A stretch of DNA of 64,000 bases from the NCBI RefSeq assembly GCF_009914755.1, contig NC_060942.1. One strand, 5' to 3'. This DNA comes from the human T2T-CHM13v2.0 reference genome, Homo sapiens. This document shows, one piece after another, positions 56,726 to 64,000 of the stretch; within the stretch, counting starts at the first letter, position 1, and each line of letters opens with the position of its first letter. Position numbers and translations under genes: made by a program. The notes under the pieces were generated by a model, which saw nothing but the letters and a program-made list of their open reading frames with translations, was not told where the DNA came from and did no database searches.

Positions 56726-57819
56726 CTAATTGAAAAAAAACCTTTATCTAATTTTTAAAATATCCTGATTAATTCTTTTTTGGTGTCATTCAAAAAAGCT
56801 TCATTCAGAAATGCCCCAGATACCGATTGAAAACAAACATCTGTAAAGTATGAAAAATTACTATTTTCTAATCAAACTATGTCCTTGTACAAATGCAAAT
56901 ATGCTTAAAATGTTAAGCAAATATTTTTCACAAGAATGAGGAGATAAATCACCCTCACTCGCTTTCTGTTACTTTGCTATTTGAATAGAAGTAATAATAT
57001 CCCAGCTTATAAATTTGTTTATGCTAATGTTTCTTAAAGTCTAAAATGACATTTGATGGTATAAAAAATTAACAAAATAAGGCAACATTTTTTCCCAGGG
57101 CAAAATATCTAGTGTGAAAAAACAGATTTGGGGGCCATGTAAATTAAGAAGACAATAAAATTAATAAGCATTCAAATAAAAATGCATTTTCACTCACAGT
57201 CAAAATTAATATTCTAAACTCCTTTAACATCTGATTTTTTTTTTCCAACTGAAGTCTCTCACCACACCATCATTGCTAAGAACAATCACTCTGGTAATTA
57301 CAAGGAGTCGGGTAATTCCTTTGAAATCCATCTTGATGTAATAGCCAAACAAAATTTCCCATAAGTAGTAATATTATATGAAAAACAAAAGCCTTTTTTC
57401 CAAAATTACAACTACTAAATATAATATTAGATCTTTTTCAAGATAAACCCCTCTGTTGATTAAGCCTTAAGATAATAAAGCAAATACAAGTTCAAACAAT
57501 AGATTTCTCAGTAAAAATTTCATTGTGGTCTGCCCACCCCAGTGATTAAATTTGGGCCGTTAATTTCTACAGTATAATTAGCAAATTAATAGAAATACTT
57601 GCTTTATGTATAATGTCAATTATTACTTGAACTTAGTGTTATTAATAAATGTTTTATTTTTGTTCATTTTGAATGTATAATTAAAAATAACCTTAATATT
57701 TTTAATAAACTTTTTTGTTCTTTATTAATCTATTATGTCATACTACATGTAACTATATGAACAAAAGGTTTGTCAAAGACAATATTTGCTGTAGTTTTTA
57801 TAATGTTGCCAGACAATGA

Positions 57820-57990
57820 AAGGAATAACAATCCAAGACTACATAGAAAGTAATGAGAGAGACATCAGATTTCTCCATAATATAATGGAAGCAAAAAGCC
57901 AATAGAACAGTATTTTAAAAATTCTCCAGGAGATTCTTTTCCATCCTAGAATTCTATCCACAGGTAAATTATCAATTGTTATAATTGAAT
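57820..57990 (+). mobile_element. Ancient L1/HAL1 ORF1 fragment
   Basis: gacatcagatttctc...aatggaagc...cctagaattctatcc...aaattatcaat. Confidence 0.55.
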
Positions 57991-59086
57991 AAATATATTC
58001 TTGGAACCACACTATTGATATTACAATACAATAAAAGAAAATAACTCAATGGTTGATGTTACTGGTTACATCATTACTGAAAAACTTTACAATTAATTTA
58101 AGTGTGCATTTCATACAATTCTAAGGATGTGTTCAAATAACATGTCACATTCTCTCACTTCAAGTAATTCATGACTTATGACAAAATTAGGGTTAGAGGA
58201 AAGAACAGGGCCATTGATAATTCTCTTCACAGTCAGTTGGGTAAACTGTCTTTTGACTAGTTTCCCTATAAAGACAGACTTAGCAGAATTGTGAAACCTT
58301 TAGAAAATCTTAACAATTTTGGTTAAATATTACAAAAAGAATCAGGCTATTTACATGCTAATAAAATTTTGAAAGATGGATTTTGGTAAGTAAAAATAAT
58401 AAAAAACCTGAAGCTTCCCCTGAGTTTAATAACTTTCCCTGAAGTTTAATAATTTCACATCTTAAAATGAGTTCCACCTAAAGTTAAATAGTAAAAATAC
58501 GTGGAAATATGCTCTTTATTGTGAATATTGGAGCTAAGTTAAAATTAAAAAAAAATCTGGAATTATAAACTATATTTAGTTACAAATTTAAGTAAAATGT
58601 AATTGAGCTTTGTTAGCTATATAAATAACAACTGCATATTCCTTTAAAATTCACTGTATTCTACTTAAGACAATAAAAATATGTTCATCCTATTTATAAA
58701 TTTTTTGAAGATATTTATTTACACTAATAAGGGAAAGAGTAAAACCCTTTCTGACAATCACATTGACATTTTACTGCAGTAAATTTTCAAGAATTATGAA
58801 GAATGGTGCTTTTTATACTGTGTTCTCCTAAAATTTTCAGCATAATCATGGTATTCCGTATTTTCTTGCAGGTGCTTATGTTCATTCCTCATCATTTTCT
58901 GTGAGAGCTTATCTTAAGGAGCACAATCTGAATATACAAAGTGTATTTGGCTTTTGCATTTTATTTTGAGATGTAAAATCCACTAGTGTGCTTCCCTTAC
59001 AGGAATAAATAAAATGGGAACATTTTAGATGATCAGAAATCCAAGATTATATGGGACAATCAAGACTGTTTCCTTTGCAGAAGAAA

Positions 59087-59135
59087 TGTGTGTGTGTGTG
59101 TATGTGTGTGTGTGTGTGTATGTGTGTGTGTGTGT
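59087..59135. repeat. (TG)n microsatellite
   Basis: Read directly from the sequence. Confidence 0.95.
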
Positions 59136-59154
59136 CTTACTTTCTACATGTAAT

Positions 59155-59840
59155 TATTTTCTTTTACAAACTTTTTATTGTAGCAAAATACAAATAACAA
59201 TCTTAAACCATTTTTAAGTATAGCTCAATGATACTAAGTACATTCATATTGTTATACAACTATCACCCACTATTATTCACAAGAATTCTTTTCATCTTGC
59301 AAAACTGAAATTGTACATGCATTAAATAATAACCACCCATTTCCGCCTCCTTCCAGCACCTACTAATCCGCATTCTACATTCTATGATTTTAATAACTCT
59401 AGGTATCTTATATAAACAAAATCATAGAGCATTTTTTTTGTGTGACCGGCTTATTGCATTTCGCATAATGTCCTCAATGTCCATTTATGTTGTAACATAT
59501 ATCAAAATCTCCTTCCTTTTTAAGGGTGAATAATTCTCCATTGTATGTATATACCATATAGCTTTTATATTTTCCTCTGTTCATCTACACTTCATTTGTT
59601 TGAAAAATTTTGAGAATTAGTGTTATTTATTCTTGAAATATTTGGTAGAACTCATCAGTGAAGTTATAAAACCCAGAGATTTTCTTTGTATTTTATTTGG
59701 AGATGTAAAATCTAATACTATACTTCATTTAAAGAAATAAATAAAATGTTAACATTTTTAGGTAGGCATACATTATATCTCCCTTGGGGCAATCAAGACT
59801 GTGTCCTTTGCAGAAGAAGTGTGTGTGTGTGTGCGCGTGC

Positions 59841-59873
<33 letters not shown>

Positions 59874-62800
59874 CGTGCACCAGGAGATCTTGGAATACTG
59901 ATGTAATCTCCTTATTAACTGTAGGGCCATTCAGATTTTCTGTTTCCATGATTCAATCTCGGTAAGTTATATGTTTCTAGGAATTCATTCTTTTCATCTA
60001 GATCACCCACTTGTTGGTGTGCAATTGTTCACAGTATTCTCTTACAATCAGTTTATTTCTGTAGAATTGATAAGGATGTCTAATTTATTTTAGTAATTTG
60101 AGCATTATTCCTTTATTATTAATAATAATATATATCTTAAGGTTTGCCAACATTTTTGATTTTTTCAAAAAATCAGCTTTGGCTTCATCGATTTCTTCTG
60201 TTGTTTTTATATTCTCTATTTTGTTTTGCTCTTCTCTAATCTTGATTATTTCCTTTTTTCTGTTAGATTTGGCTTCAGTTTGTTTTTTTTCTTTTGGTTC
60301 CTTATGTTGTGAAGTTATTGATTTGAAATCTTTCCTGTTGTTGCTGGTGGTTTCTTTGCTTTATATGAACACTTATAGCTTTAAATTAAAAAAACTGATT
60401 TCACTGAATCAGTGAAATCAACATAAGTTTGGTATGATGCATTTTTGTTTTCATTTGTTTCTAAGTATTTTCTATTTCTATTTCCTCTTGTTCCAAGGAA
60501 AAATCCAAAGATTTTTCTTTGATCCATGGGTTGTTTAAGAATGTGTTGTTTAATTTCCATGCATTTGTGTATTTTCTAATTTTCTAATTTTTTAAATAAA
60601 TTCATTCATTATAGTCAGAGAAGATCCTTTGTATTAATATTAATCTTCCTTAATGTACTGAAACTTAAATTTGAGAACTAACTTATGCTGTGACCTAGAG
60701 AATGTCTCATGCACACTTAAGAAGAATATGTATATGCTGTTGTTGGGTAGAATGCTATGTATATGTCTGTTAGTCTGTATATGATGGTTAGATATGGATG
60801 TTTTCCTGTGTTGTTCAAGTACTCTATTTCCTTATTAATTTTACCTCTCACAGTTCTATATATTATTGGGAGTGAGGCATTAAAGTATCCAACTATTATT
60901 GTAGAAATATCTTTACCTTTAATTCTGTTAATTTTTGCTTCATATATTTTGATTGTCTATTATTTATCTAAATGTTTATAATTATCACATCTTGCTATAT
61001 TGAACTTTTTATTGCATATGATGTTCTTTGTCTCTTATTTTTTAAATTTAAATTCTATTTTGTTTGGTGTTAGCATAGCCAGCTATACTTTTTGTTGTTG
61101 TTGTCGTTGTTACTATTTACATGGAATATCTTTTTCCATCTGTTCACTTTCAACCTTTTTGTGTCATTGGATTAAAGTGAGACTCATAAACAGCATATAT
61201 TGCATCATGTTTTATTTTTATCCATTATGCCAACCCTTGTATTTTATTGGATAGTTTAATCCATTTACACTTAATGTAATTTCTATTAAGAATGGACTTT
61301 CAACTGTCATTTTGATAGTTATTTTCTATATTTCTTACAGATTTATTTTCCTCACTTATTTAACCACTGCCTTCTTTTATATTGAGCTGATTTTTTCTAG
61401 TGAAATGTTTAAATTCTCTTCTCATTTTCTTTTCTGTGTATTTAATAATTCTTCTCTTTGCAGTTACCATGGGGATTATACTTAACAATCTAAAGTTATA
61501 TAACACTTTAATTTGAATTTATAGGAGCTTAACTTCGATAACATAGAAAAACTGTGCTCCTATACATCTCTACCACCATCCCTTTCACTTATTTGTGTTA
61601 CAAAATTATAAGTTTATATATCATGTGTCCAAACACATAAAATAATAATTGTTTTTAATGAATGAGTATGAATGTGGAAATAAAATGTAGAGAAAAACCA
61701 AAGTTAGAATAATAACAGCTTTTAGATTAATTTTTTTAATGTATTAGGCTCTTAAACCATGTAGAAAACAGAAACGTAGAACTACAAATCATTTAAACAA
61801 AAATACTAGCTCTTATAATAACCTATTTATTTATCATCACTGAGATCATTCTTCAACAGCTTTGACTTGTTTTCTAGTGTCTTTCATTTCAACCTGCAGG
61901 ACTGACTTTTGTTAGCATTTCCTGCAGGGCAGTTCTAATGGTAATGACTTCCCTAAGCTTTGTAAAATCTGAGAACATCTTAATTACTCCTGACTTTTGA
62001 ACAAAAATTTTACCAGATACATAATTCTGAGTTGACTTTCTTTTCTTTTAGCACTTTAAATATATTAGCCTCCTGCCTTTTGGCATCCAGAATTTCTGAT
62101 GAGTAATTTGCTGAGATTTATGTGATGAGCAACTTTTCTCTTGTGGCTTTCAAAATTGTCTCTTCATTTGTATCTTTTGAAATTCTGAGTTTTAATGTAG
62201 GTCTCTGACTTTCTCAATCAGAGTTAGCTGAGCTTCTTAGATGTCCATATTAATCTTTTTCATCAAATGAGAAAATTTTGGGCCATGATTTCTTCAAGTA
62301 ATTTCTCTGCTACTTTCTCTCTACAATGTTTTTTCTGGGACCCCCACAATGCAAGTATCAGTTAACTTGATGTTGTCTCACATGTCCCTTGACTCTGTAC
62401 TCTTTACTCTTTTTCTTTCTGTTCCTCAGACTTCATAATTTTAACAACCCTTTCTTCAAGCTCTCTGGGTCGTGTTTCTGCCTATTCAAATCTGCCTTTA
62501 ATCCTTCTAGTGAATTTTTCATTTCAGTTATTGTATTTTACAGCTGTAGTGTTCTTTTAAATTTTAGATTTTCTATATCTGTATTGATATTTTCATTTGC
62601 TTTATACATTCTTTTTCTTGGTATCTTTGAAATGGTTGCTTCAAACTGAGAGACAGGACTAGCTAACCTACCTCAGTTCCTTACTGAGCTCCCCCATCTA
62701 TGTTCAAGCTACTCCAGGAACACATGCACAACTCTCTGCCATAGCTAAAATGGACCCAAATTAACTAAAATGTGCAGCCTAAGCCTTTCAATGGAAATTG

Positions 62801-62920
62801 AAATCCTTCAGTAGATTTCAGAGTTCCAAAATAGTTATATGAGGAGGATTCTGTCAGTGCCATTATTTAGGTGGGGAGACATATTCCCACTATCTCCAAG
62901 ATGCTCTGCCATCACCTCGA
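59155..62920 (-). mobile_element. L1MB3-like LINE-1 with internal deletions (3'UTR, part of ORF2, ORF1, 5' end)
   Basis: L1MB3-type 3'UTR (ttttcatcttgcaaaactgaaa). Jumps at about 59600 into mid-ORF2, has ORF1 at about 61.9-62.6 kb and an L1M4-type 5' end (taggtggggagaca...ctctgccatc). Confidence 0.85.
59819..59880. repeat. (TG)n/(CG)n alternating purine-pyrimidine tract
   Basis: 62 bp of uninterrupted purine-pyrimidine alternation including gcgcgcgcgcg. Confidence 0.95.
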
Positions 62921-64000
62921 AATTTCTGATACTGACCCAGATCTTCCTCAAATATTTCTTACATGGATGATGGTGACTATTAAGGCACTATGGTATTTAT
63001 AGACCTTTGGAAACATTTAGGAGAATTGTGTGGCAATCTGATTTTTAAATGTCAAGATTCATGGCAGAAATTACAATCTTTTGTGACAATTAAAATTGTG
63101 ATGCAAAATTATAGACTGAATATAATCTATAAATATAATATAATCTTTAAAATATATAAGCAAGCAAGGTATAATCTTTTTCAAAGTTCTTTAGAGAGAA
63201 CTCAGGAAAAATGTTTACAGCCCACCGCACTTGAAAGCATAAGTTTTCACGCTTATTGTAAGTTTTTGTGCTTTTCCAGCATAAGAAAGCCCCTGTAGAT
63301 CATTTATAGGGATCACCCATATGCTCAGAAGTTGCCCAGATAAGGGAAGGGAGGCAAGACATAAGTAGATTTGGGACTTATTATCAGATATGAAAATATA
63401 AGTGGTGAGAAAGACAGTCAAAATAGTAACAATAACAACAAAAGTTGCTTTATAAAATTTGTGAATATAGTTTACTTTTCCTCCCAGCATTTTTGTGAGT
63501 CATGACCTATTTTTAGGTTATTAAATTTGAAACTGTTACTCTATTTGTCTAAAATATACTCAATGAATGCATAGGCATTCTTCTGCTTTACTGCAGAACG
63601 TTCCACGTATGAAATCAACTAGTAACATTGATAAATCTGTAATATCCAGCTATACCCCAAGGCATTGAGAATGGGATGTGACAATGGCTTAAGGGGGACG
63701 AAATAATGAACAATAACAAAACATATCCCCTGGGCTGGGGAAAATAAACCAAGAATTCTCTTTTAAAATGTTTATTTTTGGAATCCTTAAAAAACACTGG
63801 GTGTTTAGAATTATCTGCTTGCCCAAATATTTTCTCTAATTGTGGATCCTCTCTTTTCCTTCAGTTCCCAATAAAAAATTATAAAATACATTTATTCTGT
63901 CTCCCACTGATGAAAATTGAGCCCTTCAAAGTTTCCTTAGATTTTCATTAAGACTATTTTTGTAGAAATACTTTCATCAGGGATTCTGTAAATTAAATGA

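Overview
AT-rich primate genomic DNA (AluY, AluS and L1PA elements; human or great-ape-like), read as intergenic or deep intronic. I see no intact protein-coding gene or RNA gene. The ORF track consists of Alu, L1 and MaLR read-throughs and chance ORFs. About half of the window is transposon relics: a decayed ERV1 provirus (integrase C-terminus, env, LTR; 451-2515), a full-length L1MA2-like element carrying a complete THE1 element and an Alu and itself nested in an older L1 (17.3-28.0 kb), two large old L1s (39-43 kb, 59-63 kb), eight Alus, MaLR solo LTRs, L2/MIR, MER5 and microsatellites. The most interesting signals are structural. Two different old L1s each contain an internal direct copy of their own 3' genomic flank, and in one case the copy starts exactly at the TSD boundary. 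There are several fold-back micro-insertions, an 18-nt relic matching the HERV-W LTR17 start at a deletion junction, and two microexon-like splice motifs (11 and 7 nt). Repeat subfamily names come from recalled consensus sequences, not from a search, and boundaries of old elements are approximate.
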